Shown here: positions 23,593 to 36,409 of the stretch, piece by piece | How the letters are laid out: every line of letters begins with the position of its first letter | How positions within the stretch are numbered: the stretch's first letter is position 1 | DNA from: an uncultured delta proteobacterium | GTDB lineage: Bacteria; Myxococcota_A; Polyangia; Polyangiales; Polyangiaceae | DNA: 64,000 bases | Direction of reading: 5' to 3' | Assembly: GCA_963850305.1 (NCBI GenBank) | Contig: CAWKKR010000001.1 | Span: forward strand, 480,001-544,000 | Made by a program: the position numbers and the translations under genes | The notes under the pieces: generated by a model | Database searches by the model: none | What the model was told of the DNA's origin: nothing | Seen by the model: only the letters and a program-made list of their open reading frames with translations

Positions 23593-24560
23593 CGCACGCC
23601 GTACAGGTCAACGAGATCGAGGCCGCGCGGGAACGCCTGGCCACCGTACGCACCGAAGTCAGCCGTGTGTTCATCGGGGACGGCGCCGCCGTCGAGCTGA
23701 TGCTGGTGGCGCTCCTCGCGCGAGGCCACGTTCTGCTCGAGGGCGTCCCCGGCGTCGCCAAGACCACGCTGGTGAAGGCGTTCGGGGCAACGCTCGGGTG
23801 CAGTATCCGCCGGATCCAGTTCACGCCGGATCTGCTGCCGGCGGACATCACCGGGACGTACGTGCTCAATCCGCGAGACGGCTCTTTTTCTCTGCGTTCC
23901 GGACCCATCTTCGCGAACGTCGTGCTTGCGGACGAGATCAATCGCGCTCCGGCCAAGACTCAGTCGGCGCTCCTCGAGGCGATGCAAGAGCGCCAGGTGA
24001 CCATCGAGGGGGACCGCTACGAGCTGCCGAACCCGTTCCTGGTTCTCGCGACACAAAACCCAATCGATCTCGAGGGAACGTACGCGCTCCCGGAGGCGCA
24101 GATCGACCGATTCCTCGTGCGTGTGCGGATGGGCTACCCCTCGCAGCGCGACGAGGTGGTCATGCTTCGAACGCACGGCGTCGTCGCACCCGAACCGACG
24201 ACCGTGATCTCGGTCACGGATGTCTTACAGATCCAGTCCATCGCCGCGCGCGTCCACGTCGAGGAGGATCTCCGAGAGTACGCCGTGGCCTTGTCGACGT
24301 ACACACGCGGTCACCCGAAGGTCGTGCTCGGGGCATCGCCTCGCGCGACCCTGAGCCTGGTGAGGGCCGCAAAGGCGAACGCGGTCGTGTCGGGACGTCC
24401 CTACGTGACGCCGGACGACATCCGGACCGTCGCCGAGCCCGTTCTCGCGCATCGACTCGTGCTCGTCCCTGAGCTCGAGGGCGACATGAACGCCCGGTCA
24501 TCGATCGTCGACGAGGCTCTGTCGAAGGTCGGCTATCGACGCGCCGTGCGCCCGGTGTAG
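23589..24560 (+). CDS. moxR: MoxR-family AAA+ ATPase
   Basis: GHVLLEGVPGVAKT, RIQFTPDLLPADITG, LADEINRAPAKTQSALLEAMQE, TQNP, LPEAQIDRF, GASPRA. Confidence 0.96.
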   Translation: MTHAVQVNEIEAARERLATVRTEVSRVFIGDGAAVELMLVALLARGHVLLEGVPGVAKTTLVKAFGATLGCSIRRIQFTPDLLPADITGTYVLNPRDGSFSLRSGPIFANVVLADEINRAPAKTQSALLEAMQERQVTIEGDRYELPNPFLVLATQNPIDLEGTYALPEAQIDRFLVRVRMGYPSQRDEVVMLRTHGVVAPEPTTVISVTDVLQIQSIAARVHVEEDLREYAVALSTYTRGHPKVVLGASPRATLSLVRAAKANAVVSGRPYVTPDDIRTVAEPVLAHRLVLVPELEGDMNARSSIVDEALSKVGYRRAVRPV

Positions 24561-24569
24561 CGTCCCAAC

Positions 24570-25886
24570 GTGAACTCCTCGCTCGATATCACCCCGGACG
24601 AGTTCGCGAACGCCGTGATCGACTCCGGGCTCCGGCGCGCGTGCTTCGTCTATTCCGCAGAGCGTCGAACGTTGCTCGCGTCGCACCCGTCGCTCGACGG
24701 GCTCGCGCGCGCCATCACCGGAGAACCCGACTTCACGGAACACGAGGCGCTCTTCTTCGAAGTTGGTCCCCGCACGTCGACGCTCCTTTCGGCGGTCTTG
24801 CATCGCACGATCCGCGGTCAGGGAGCTGGCGGCGTGCGGCACTGGTCGTACGCGACGTTCGGCGACATGGTCCGCGACGGGCTCCGCCTTTCACGCGGGA
24901 TGGGCAGAAAGAATGCGCTCGCGGGGCTCTATTGGGGCGGCGGCAAAGGCGTCATCGCGCGCCAGAAGGGAGAGCGGCATCGAGACGAGGCGTACCGGCA
25001 AGCACTCTATGAAGAGTATGGACGGTTCATCACGTCGCTCCGCGGTTGCTACGTGACGGCCGAGGACGTCGGGACGACCCCCGGTGACATGGCGTCGATC
25101 TTCCGCACGACGCGCTTCGTGACGTGCATCCCTCCGGAGATGGGCGGGTCCGGAAATCCGTCGCCGTTCACGGCCCGCGGGGTCATCTGCGCACTGGAGG
25201 CTGCGTTCGACCATCTCGGCGACGGGGCACTCGAGGGCAAGACGATCGCGATGCAGGGCGCTGGAAACGTCGGGGCGTCGATGATTCACGAGCTCGTCGG
25301 GCGCCGCGTGGCGCGCATCGTGGCAACGGACACGAGTGCGGACCTCTGCAAGGACCTAGCCGTCCGGTTCGCGGACACGCAGGTCGAGGTGCGACACGCC
25401 ACACCCGCCGATGCTTCGATCTTCGACGAACGGTGCGATGCATTCATACCGAACGCGCTTGGCGCCATCTTGAACCCGGACACGATCCCCCGGCTGAAAT
25501 GTCGCGTCGTGTGCGGCGCCGCGAACAACCAGCTCGCGGACGACCGTCGCGATGGCCGGGCCCTCGACGCGCGCGGCATTCTTTACGTCCCCGACTTCGT
25601 CGCGAACCGGATGGGCATCGTCAATTGCGCGAACGAGCAGTACGGCGTGTTCCCGGACGATCCGAGCATCGTCCGCCACTTCGGCCGCGTGTGGGAAAAC
25701 GCGGTGTACGTCGTGACGCGGAAGATCTTCGACCGCGCCCGAACCGAAGGGGTGACCACGACGGAAGCGGCGAATGGACTCGCCGATGCCCTCTCGCTCG
25801 AGCCGCATCCCATCTTCCCTCATCGAGGGCGCGAGATCGTCGCCGCCTTGACCGGAGAAGGCTGGCACGAAAGGTTCCGCCCCTAG
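24570..25886 (+). CDS. Glu/Leu/Phe/Val dehydrogenase family protein
   Basis: GAGGVR, LSRGMGRKNALAG, GGGKGVI, AEDVGT, GNPSPFTARGV, QGAGNVG, GAANNQL, YVPDFVAN. Confidence 0.93.
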   Translation: MNSSLDITPDEFANAVIDSGLRRACFVYSAERRTLLASHPSLDGLARAITGEPDFTEHEALFFEVGPRTSTLLSAVLHRTIRGQGAGGVRHWSYATFGDMVRDGLRLSRGMGRKNALAGLYWGGGKGVIARQKGERHRDEAYRQALYEEYGRFITSLRGCYVTAEDVGTTPGDMASIFRTTRFVTCIPPEMGGSGNPSPFTARGVICALEAAFDHLGDGALEGKTIAMQGAGNVGASMIHELVGRRVARIVATDTSADLCKDLAVRFADTQVEVRHATPADASIFDERCDAFIPNALGAILNPDTIPRLKCRVVCGAANNQLADDRRDGRALDARGILYVPDFVANRMGIVNCANEQYGVFPDDPSIVRHFGRVWENAVYVVTRKIFDRARTEGVTTTEAANGLADALSLEPHPIFPHRGREIVAALTGEGWHERFRP

Positions 25887-25889
25887 CCG

Positions 25890-27491
25890 ATGCAGCTCTA
25901 TCCGACGTCCAACGCCGTTCACGTCGCCATCACCGCCATTGCCGTCATGGGAGTCGGCGTCGCGTCGACGGAGCCGGCTATCGTGGCGTGGGGCGGCGCG
26001 ATGCTCGTCGGGCTTGCGGTCGCCCGCGCCGTGACTCTCCTCGGCATCTTGCGAGTTCGCGCCGCCGGGTTCGAAATGGTTTGGCGCGAGGCAGGGCGCA
26101 CGAAGGACGCGCTGCGCGGCGAAAGCGTCGAACTCGCAGCGGAGGTTCGAAACCGGGACACGCGCGCCGCGCGGTACGTCGCGCTCCGGGCAATCGCGTC
26201 GCCGGAGCTCGAAGTCGACATTACCCCCTCGTCGGGCGAGGTTCCGGCCGCTGGACGGATGAGCGTCACGGTGCGAGTCCGGGCGCGCCGCGTGGGCCGG
26301 CACGGGCTCTACGGGCTGTCGCTCGAGGTGCGCGGGAGCCCAGGGCTGTTCGAGATTCCTCTCACCTTCGCGAATCCGTTCGGCATCGAGGTCCTGCCAT
26401 CGACTTACCGCATGCTGTTACGCTCGGCGCGCGGCGGACGGAGCCGCATGCTCGCCGAGGCGGGTCGCCCCGGGCCATTCTCCGGCGACGGGTACGAGCT
26501 GCGCGAGATCCGCGAGCACCGTTCGGGCGATCCTTTGAAGCGCGTCGCATGGAAAGCCTCCGCGCGGCGCGGAAAACTGCTCGTCCGCGACTACGAACAA
26601 GAAGAGCGAGACGTCGTATGGCTCGTCGTCGATGGGTCCGTCGAGCTCTGGGCGGGCGTACCCGGGCGCGCGCCGCTAGATCATGCTATCGATCAAGCAA
26701 CCGCTGTCGCCGACGCGCACCTGAGACGGGGCGATCACGTCGGATTGCTCGTCTGCGGTTCGCGAGTGCTCGCCCGCGTGGCGCCGTCACACGGCCCGGC
26801 CCAGGGCGCCGGGATCGCGCGAACCCTCGTCGCCGCGACATCGACGCTCGCGGCCGATCGCAGCGGCCTCGACGAGGACGAGGTCGCCGATCGCGTACTG
26901 GAGCACCTGAAGCCCCTGGACCCCCTCGCGGTCGCCGGTCTCCTCCGAGGCGATCGACGCGAGCTCGCCGAACGTGCGCTCCAGGCCGTACGGCGCGCGC
27001 CATTCCCGATCCGTGACGTGCACGGCGTCGACTCGACCGATCGAACCCTGCGCGGATATCTCTCGGCGTTCGGCATACCCTCCCCGCCGCGGCTCGAACC
27101 CGATCGTCCCCGCACCGACGAGGTGCTCGCTTCCGTTCTCGGCGAGCTTTCGCTGGGACACCCTCATCCGAGCCTCGTTTATGTGTGGTCGCCGGCGCCG
27201 GACCCCATCAAGCGACCGGGGCTGGTGGACGCCCTCCGGAAGCTCGGACGCCGGAAATTCGACTTTCGATGGGTGCGACTCGAACTCGAAGAGGGGATCC
27301 CGCGGACGGGGGGCACGGTTCCCGATGTGGTCGGGCATGCGGTGGCGCTCCGCGCGCGAACGAGTGAAACTGTCGGCGAAAGAACGCTGCGAAAGATGGG
27401 GATCACGGTCGAACGGGTGCGACCCCGCGTGCAGCTTCGAGCGAGCTTGCCTCCCCCCGCCCCGCGTTCGGGGGACGCGAGCCGTGAGTAA
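25890..27491 (+). CDS. DUF58 domain membrane protein (MoxR partner)
   Basis: N-terminal TM pair; ELREIREHRSGDPLKRVAWKASARRGKLLVRDYEQE; VVDGS. Confidence 0.9.
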   Translation: MQLYPTSNAVHVAITAIAVMGVGVASTEPAIVAWGGAMLVGLAVARAVTLLGILRVRAAGFEMVWREAGRTKDALRGESVELAAEVRNRDTRAARYVALRAIASPELEVDITPSSGEVPAAGRMSVTVRVRARRVGRHGLYGLSLEVRGSPGLFEIPLTFANPFGIEVLPSTYRMLLRSARGGRSRMLAEAGRPGPFSGDGYELREIREHRSGDPLKRVAWKASARRGKLLVRDYEQEERDVVWLVVDGSVELWAGVPGRAPLDHAIDQATAVADAHLRRGDHVGLLVCGSRVLARVAPSHGPAQGAGIARTLVAATSTLAADRSGLDEDEVADRVLEHLKPLDPLAVAGLLRGDRRELAERALQAVRRAPFPIRDVHGVDSTDRTLRGYLSAFGIPSPPRLEPDRPRTDEVLASVLGELSLGHPHPSLVYVWSPAPDPIKRPGLVDALRKLGRRKFDFRWVRLELEEGIPRTGGTVPDVVGHAVALRARTSETVGERTLRKMGITVERVRPRVQLRASLPPPAPRSGDASRE

Positions 27492-28335
27492 CGACGGTTC
27501 TCCACGCGAGCTTCTGGCCCGCCACGGGCTCTCCCCGAAGCACTCGTTTGGACAGAATTTCCTCGCTGACCCGGCCGTCGCTGCGCGAATCGCGATGGCT
27601 GCCACGACGCCCGCCGCAGGCACGGTCGTCGAGATCGGCGCAGGGCTCGGCGCGCTGACGCGTCCGCTGCTGGCGCGTGCCGCACGGGTCGTCGCGATCG
27701 AACGTGATCGCGATCTCGTGCCCGCGCTCCACCAGGATTTCGAATCGCAGATCGCGGAACGCCGGCTCAAGGTGCTCGAAGCCGATGCGAAAGGCGTCGA
27801 CTACGCCTCTCTCCTGTCGGATGGCCCATCCCCCCGGGTGATCGCAGGAAACCTCCCCTATCAGATCACGGGTCCGCTACTCGAACTGACCGTCGCCCTG
27901 GCTGAAACGGTCGATCGGGTCGTCTACATGGTGCAGCTCGAGGTGGCCAACCGGCTCACGGCCGCTCCATCCGAGTCGGCATACGGGGCGCTGACGGTGT
28001 TCGTGAGCGCGGCGTTCCAGGTCTCCCGGGCCTTCGTAGTGCGGCGTGGCGCATTTTATCCGCAACCAAATGTGGACTCCGCCGTGGTCGTCCTCGAACC
28101 GAAGCGGCCGCGCCTGACGGCGGAGACGCCCATTTTTCGCGAAGTGGTGAAGTCTGCGTTCGGCCAGCGCCGAAAGACGCTCCGGAACGCGTGGCGCGGC
28201 CTCGCTGGGCTGGACGCGGACGCCCTCGCGCGGGCAGCAGGGCGCGCAGGGATCGGGCTCGATGCCCGCGGGGAAACCCTCGACGTCGCCGCGTTCGCGC
28301 GCATGGCCGTGGAGATTGCGACATCGCGACAATGA
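27484..28335 (+). CDS. rsmA: 16S rRNA m6,2A1518/1519 dimethyltransferase KsgA
   Basis: KHSFGQNFL, VEIGAGLGALT, IERD, GNLPYQIT, MVQLEVA, FYPQPNVDSAVV, FGQRRKTLRN. Confidence 0.97.
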   Translation: MSNDGSPRELLARHGLSPKHSFGQNFLADPAVAARIAMAATTPAAGTVVEIGAGLGALTRPLLARAARVVAIERDRDLVPALHQDFESQIAERRLKVLEADAKGVDYASLLSDGPSPRVIAGNLPYQITGPLLELTVALAETVDRVVYMVQLEVANRLTAAPSESAYGALTVFVSAAFQVSRAFVVRRGAFYPQPNVDSAVVVLEPKRPRLTAETPIFREVVKSAFGQRRKTLRNAWRGLAGLDADALARAAGRAGIGLDARGETLDVAAFARMAVEIATSRQ

Positions 28336-28850
28336 CGGCCTCCTTGAAGCGACACGCGTGGACCCTGTTGTTGCTCGGCGCCGCACTCGGCTGTCAGCCC
28401 GAGCGACCGGAACCGTTCGTGAAGAGCGCAAAGTTCGGCGTGTTCTTCGGCGGACAGATCGAGGAACGACGCGAGATTCCATTCGAACTCGACGAGACGA
28501 AGCAGACGCAGGGATTTCGCGTCGAGTTCTCGGAACCAGTCGCGTCGGACACATCCATCGAGTGGCGCCTCGATGAACCGAAGGTCGAACGCCGGCGCCG
28601 GAAAAAGTCCCCGAAGAACGCGCCGGCCGCAGAGGGCCCTTCGACAACGCGCCCGCTCGGAGGCAGTGACGTCGCTCGGAGGGGCGAGACGCACTTCGAT
28701 CGAACGACGCCCTTCGACCCCGGTGATCCGCTCGGGTTATGGAACGTGCGCGTCGTCGTGAAGGGGAAGGTCGTCATCGACCGGCCCTTCGAGGTCTTCG
28801 ACGCGGAAGAGCGCGAGCGCCTGGCCGCGCACTCGGACGGCGGCTCGTGA
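28332..28850 (+). CDS. Hypothetical lipoprotein
   Basis: ATGA overlap with the rsmA stop; lipobox LLLLGAALG-C; FGVFFGGQIEER...GDPLGLWNVRV. Confidence 0.75.
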   Translation: MTASLKRHAWTLLLLGAALGCQPERPEPFVKSAKFGVFFGGQIEERREIPFELDETKQTQGFRVEFSEPVASDTSIEWRLDEPKVERRRRKKSPKNAPAAEGPSTTRPLGGSDVARRGETHFDRTTPFDPGDPLGLWNVRVVVKGKVVIDRPFEVFDAEERERLAAHSDGGS

Positions 28851-28858
28851 GCCGTTCG

Positions 28859-29359
28859 CTACTCGGATTCCTGCCCGAGGACGTCCTTGACGATCTCCTC
28901 GGGCGCCGCGAGCGCCTCGTGAACAGTGTGCACGGTCGGCGGCGGAGGATCTCCGTATAGGGTCAGGCGGGCCGCGGCCCAGAGCTCCTTCCGGAGCTGC
29001 TCGAGGTAGGCGCTCGACCCAGGCTCGCTCGCATACCGTTCGAGCGCCTCATCCGCGTCCTTGAGATCGAGCCGCGCCTGAACGGGGTCGATCTCCTCTT
29101 TTCGCTTCATGTGGTCGGTCAGCAGCGTCGCGCGATCTCCGAAGACCTCTACGAAGCCGGGGCCCACCACGATCCGTACCTCGGCGCCGTCTTTGGTGAA
29201 GGCGACGATGCCCGTCTTGAGGGCTGCAAGCAACGGACGATGCCCCGGGAGTACACCGAACTCACCGTCGACGCTCGGCGCGGTGAGCGACTGCACGCGC
29301 TCGTGCAACGCCACGCCGTCCGGTGTGACGATCTCGAGTTCGATGGCGCCATCGGCCAT
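28859..29359 (-). CDS. atpC: ATP synthase F1 epsilon subunit
   Basis: LEIVTPDG, GEFGVLPGHRPLL, GFVEV; follows atpD. Confidence 0.95.
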   Translation of the reverse strand: MADGAIELEIVTPDGVALHERVQSLTAPSVDGEFGVLPGHRPLLAALKTGIVAFTKDGAEVRIVVGPGFVEVFGDRATLLTDHMKRKEEIDPVQARLDLKDADEALERYASEPGSSAYLEQLRKELWAAARLTLYGDPPPPTVHTVHEALAAPEEIVKDVLGQESE

Positions 29360-29362
29360 GGC

Positions 29363-30994
<1,632 letters not shown>

Positions 30995-32017
30995 TCAGTC
31001 CCCGAAGAGCGCGAGCTGCCCGGATCGAATGGGCGCCTCGAGCGGGGGCTGCGGCGTTTGGTGCCGGGTGAGGCCGAGGCGCTTCACGGTAGCTTCGAAC
31101 AGCGCGTGAATCGCATTCGCGTACGCTCCCTCCCCGGTCATCCTCGATCCGAAACCGGGATCGTTCAACCGACCTCCTCGAACCTCCCTCGTCCGCGCGA
31201 GCACGCGGTCGGCGGCGAGGGGCACCGCTTCCCGCAACCGGTTCTCGAAAACGTGCCGGACGTTGCCGGGCAACCGGAGCAAGATCATCCCAGCCGAGGT
31301 TGCTCCGGCGTCGGCGGCGGCCTTCAGCACCGTGGCCATATCGCGGTCGGACAACCCTGGAATGACCGGGGCGACATTCACCGAAACCCCGATTCCGGCG
31401 CTCGCGAGGCGTTCGATGGTCAGCAGGCGCCGTCGCGGAGTCGCCACGCCGGGCTCCATCGCTCGAGCCAGCCGCTCGTCCCAGAACGGAACGCTGATTG
31501 CCACGCTGACCAGGCGCTGGTCGCGCAACCGTCCGAGCACGTCCAGATCCCGCTCGATGAGGGGCGCTTTGGTAATTACATGGACCGGATTCGCCGCCTC
31601 CGCGCACACGGCGAGACATTGGCGTGTAAGCTCGTAGGTCGCCTCGAGCGGCTGGTAACAATCCGTGTTCCCGCTGAAGACGATCGTCTCCCGCTTCCAT
31701 CCGCGCCGCGCGAGAGCCACGCGAAGGAGGTCGGGCGCGCGCCGCTTCACGACGATCTTCCGCTCGAAGTCGGTCCCGGCGCCGAACCCCAGATACTCGT
31801 GGCTGGGACGCGCGTAGCAGTAAGCGCAGCCGTGATAGCAGCCGCGATACGGGTTCACGCTGAAGCGAAACCCGAGATCCGGACTGTCATTTTTCGAAAG
31901 AATGCTCTTCGTGTCGTCCTCGTAGACCTCGAGAGGGCTGGCGGGCGGATCGCCGAGATACTCGACGTGAGTGGACTCCCAGGGGGAGCGCGGGTTTCTC
32001 TCTGGCAGCGCGTGCAT
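30995..32017 (-). CDS. Radical SAM protein, PA0069/SPL-like family
   Basis: SVNPYRGCYHGCAYCYARPSHEYLG (CxxxCxxC), GNTDCYQPLE, ITK, APVIPGL. Confidence 0.92.
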   Translation of the reverse strand: MHALPERNPRSPWESTHVEYLGDPPASPLEVYEDDTKSILSKNDSPDLGFRFSVNPYRGCYHGCAYCYARPSHEYLGFGAGTDFERKIVVKRRAPDLLRVALARRGWKRETIVFSGNTDCYQPLEATYELTRQCLAVCAEAANPVHVITKAPLIERDLDVLGRLRDQRLVSVAISVPFWDERLARAMEPGVATPRRRLLTIERLASAGIGVSVNVAPVIPGLSDRDMATVLKAAADAGATSAGMILLRLPGNVRHVFENRLREAVPLAADRVLARTREVRGGRLNDPGFGSRMTGEGAYANAIHALFEATVKRLGLTRHQTPQPPLEAPIRSGQLALFGD

Positions 32018-32138
32018 GGGGGCAGCATACTATTCCCATGTTCAGTGTCCAGACGGCGAACCCTGGCGCGGCACGGTCGGATGAGAACCTTCGCCACCGC
32101 TCGGCGCGAGAAACCATCCGGGGCTATAGATACCGGCT

Positions 32139-34030
32139 GTGATCGCCGACGAGACCATCGAGAGGGTGCGGCGAGAAGCGCGCATCGTCACCATCGTCGG
32201 GGAGCGAGTGAAGCTCACGCTCCGGGGGCGCTCGTACGTGGGACTGTGCCCGTTTCACAAGGAGAAGACCCCGAGCTTCCATGTGAACGAAGAGCGTGGC
32301 TTCTATCACTGCTTCGGTTGCTCGACATCGGGCGACTCGATCAAGTTCCTCCGCGAGCTCGACGGGCTTTCGTTCGTCGATGCGATCCGGCAGATCGCAG
32401 AACGCCAGGGGATCGAGATCGTGGAGACAGGCTCGGACGCCGAGATCCGCGAACAGTCCGAGGCGCGGCGTCGCCGCGAAGAGCTGTACGCGGCAGGGGA
32501 TGCCGCCGCCGCGTACTTCGAACGGATGCTCGCGAGTCATCCGCTCGCGCGCTTCGCCGTCGCGGAGCTCGAACGGCGCGGGCTCGATCCGAGGGTGAAG
32601 AGCGGCCCCATCGGCGGACGCGCTCGGCAGTTTTCGAGTCGGCTACGCACCTTACGGCTGGGACACGCTCGTCACTCATCTTCGAGACAGCGGTTCGTCC
32701 GTCCGCGCGGCGGAGGCGGTCGGGCTCCTAGTGCCTCGAAAAAGGGGGCCCGGTCACTACGATCGGTTCCGCCACCGCTTGATGTTCGCGATCGTAGATC
32801 TCGACGGCAAAATCGTCGGATTCAGCGGACGCGCCTTGCCGGAGCCGAGTGACGACGATCGCGCCGCCACGGGAGTCGAGGCGATGGGAACCAGCGGTGA
32901 TCCTCCCGCGAAGTATTTGAACTCGCCGGAATCGCCTGTCTACAAGAAGCGTGAGGCTGTGTTCGGACTCTTCCAGGCCCGGCAAGGGGTGCGGCGTGAA
33001 GACCGTACGATCCTCGTCGAGGGCAACTTCGACGTGGTGAGTCTCCACGCGCGCGGCGTGACGAACGTCGTCGCGCCACTCGGCACGGCCTTCACACCGG
33101 AGCAGGCGCGGCTCATCCGACGTTATTCGGCGAACGTCACGCTCTTCTTCGACGGGGACAGTGCGGGTCGCCGCGCCGTCCGCGCCGCGCGCGACGCGTG
33201 CCGAGACGCAGGGCTCGTGGCCAACGTCGCGACACCGCCCGATGGACGCGACCCTGACGACATCGCTCGTGAGAGCGGCGCGGAAGGCGTGCAGCGCTAC
33301 GTCAAGAATGCCCAGAATCTCCTGTCGCACCTCATCGATGAGCTGCTCGATCCGAGTTTCGCCGCGAACGATGCGCACGCGCTCTCGGCGCGCATTCACG
33401 CCGTCGCGGATCTCGATCAAATCGGAAGACGATCCGACGGTGCGTGCGGTGGCCGAGCGCCACGCGGACGCCGCCGCAGCGCGACTCAGCAACGGCGACG
33501 CCCGGAGCTTCCGCGCCCTGGCGTCGGTCGTCCAACGGGCCGCGGCGGGCGCCGGCGGCCCCCCGGAGAGCGCCGTGCCAGCCCCGCCAGACCGGGCTCG
33601 GTCGCGCGAGCGCCGCCGCGACATCGGCTTCGAGATCTTCGGCGCTACCCTGGATTTTCCGGAGCTCCTCGATTCAGCCGAAATCCTGGACACCATCGGC
33701 GCTGTGGACGGCGAGGCCGCGCTGGCGGTCGCCGCAGTGCGTCAAAACCCGCTCCTCGTACGAGACCCCGAACAACTGCTTGCTAAGCTGCCAAGGTCGA
33801 TCCATCCATTCGCGGCTGCGCGGCTTGCTGTGCCCCGGCACCAGACGGTGGACGACGCGAAAGCCGAGCTATTGGGAAATGTCGAGAAGTTGAAACGCTT
33901 GGAGCTTTCGCGTCACAAGTCCGAAGTCATTGAGGAGCTCGCACGCGTGCAGGCGTCGGGCGATTTCGATCGCGAGATGGCGTTGCTCGGTGAGCAAGCA
34001 CGCCGCGCCCGCGAACGACACGGGCTCTAG
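32139..34030 (+). CDS. dnaG: DNA primase, split over three frames by two +1 insertions
   Basis: CHC2 zinc finger ([13 protein letters not shown]...CFGC); [36 protein letters not shown]. Extra bases near 32613 and 33415. Lies directly upstream of rpoD. Confidence 0.93.
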
Positions 34031-34059
34031 AGCCCAAACAATCGAGAGAGAGGTACGCG

Positions 34060-36219
<2,160 letters not shown>

Positions 36220-36223
36220 GTCA

Positions 36224-36259
36224 CCGAGGCCCGCTTGCTTCGAGCACGGGGCATCTCGG
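36224..36259. terminator. Imperfect GC-rich hairpin just after the rpoD stop, between convergent genes
   Basis: CCGAG-GCCC..TGCT-TCG-AGCA..GGGC..CTCGG; no U-tract. Confidence 0.4.
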
Positions 36260-36409
36260 CGCTCTCGGTCCTCGGCGTACGTTCGTACGGCTGCGCCGCC
36301 TTACTCGCCGAGATGCCCCCGCGGTCTTCGCGATTGGACCTCGGTGTGTCGCTTTGGTCTTCGAACCCGGGGCCTTCGTACGCTCCCGCGCCTCGCCCGA
36401 TCCGCGCCC

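Noticed and set aside
32139..34030. dnaG pseudogene or programmed frameshift
   Set aside because: All motifs are intact, there are no in-frame stops after correction and no slippery sites, and similar single-base indels occur elsewhere in the window.
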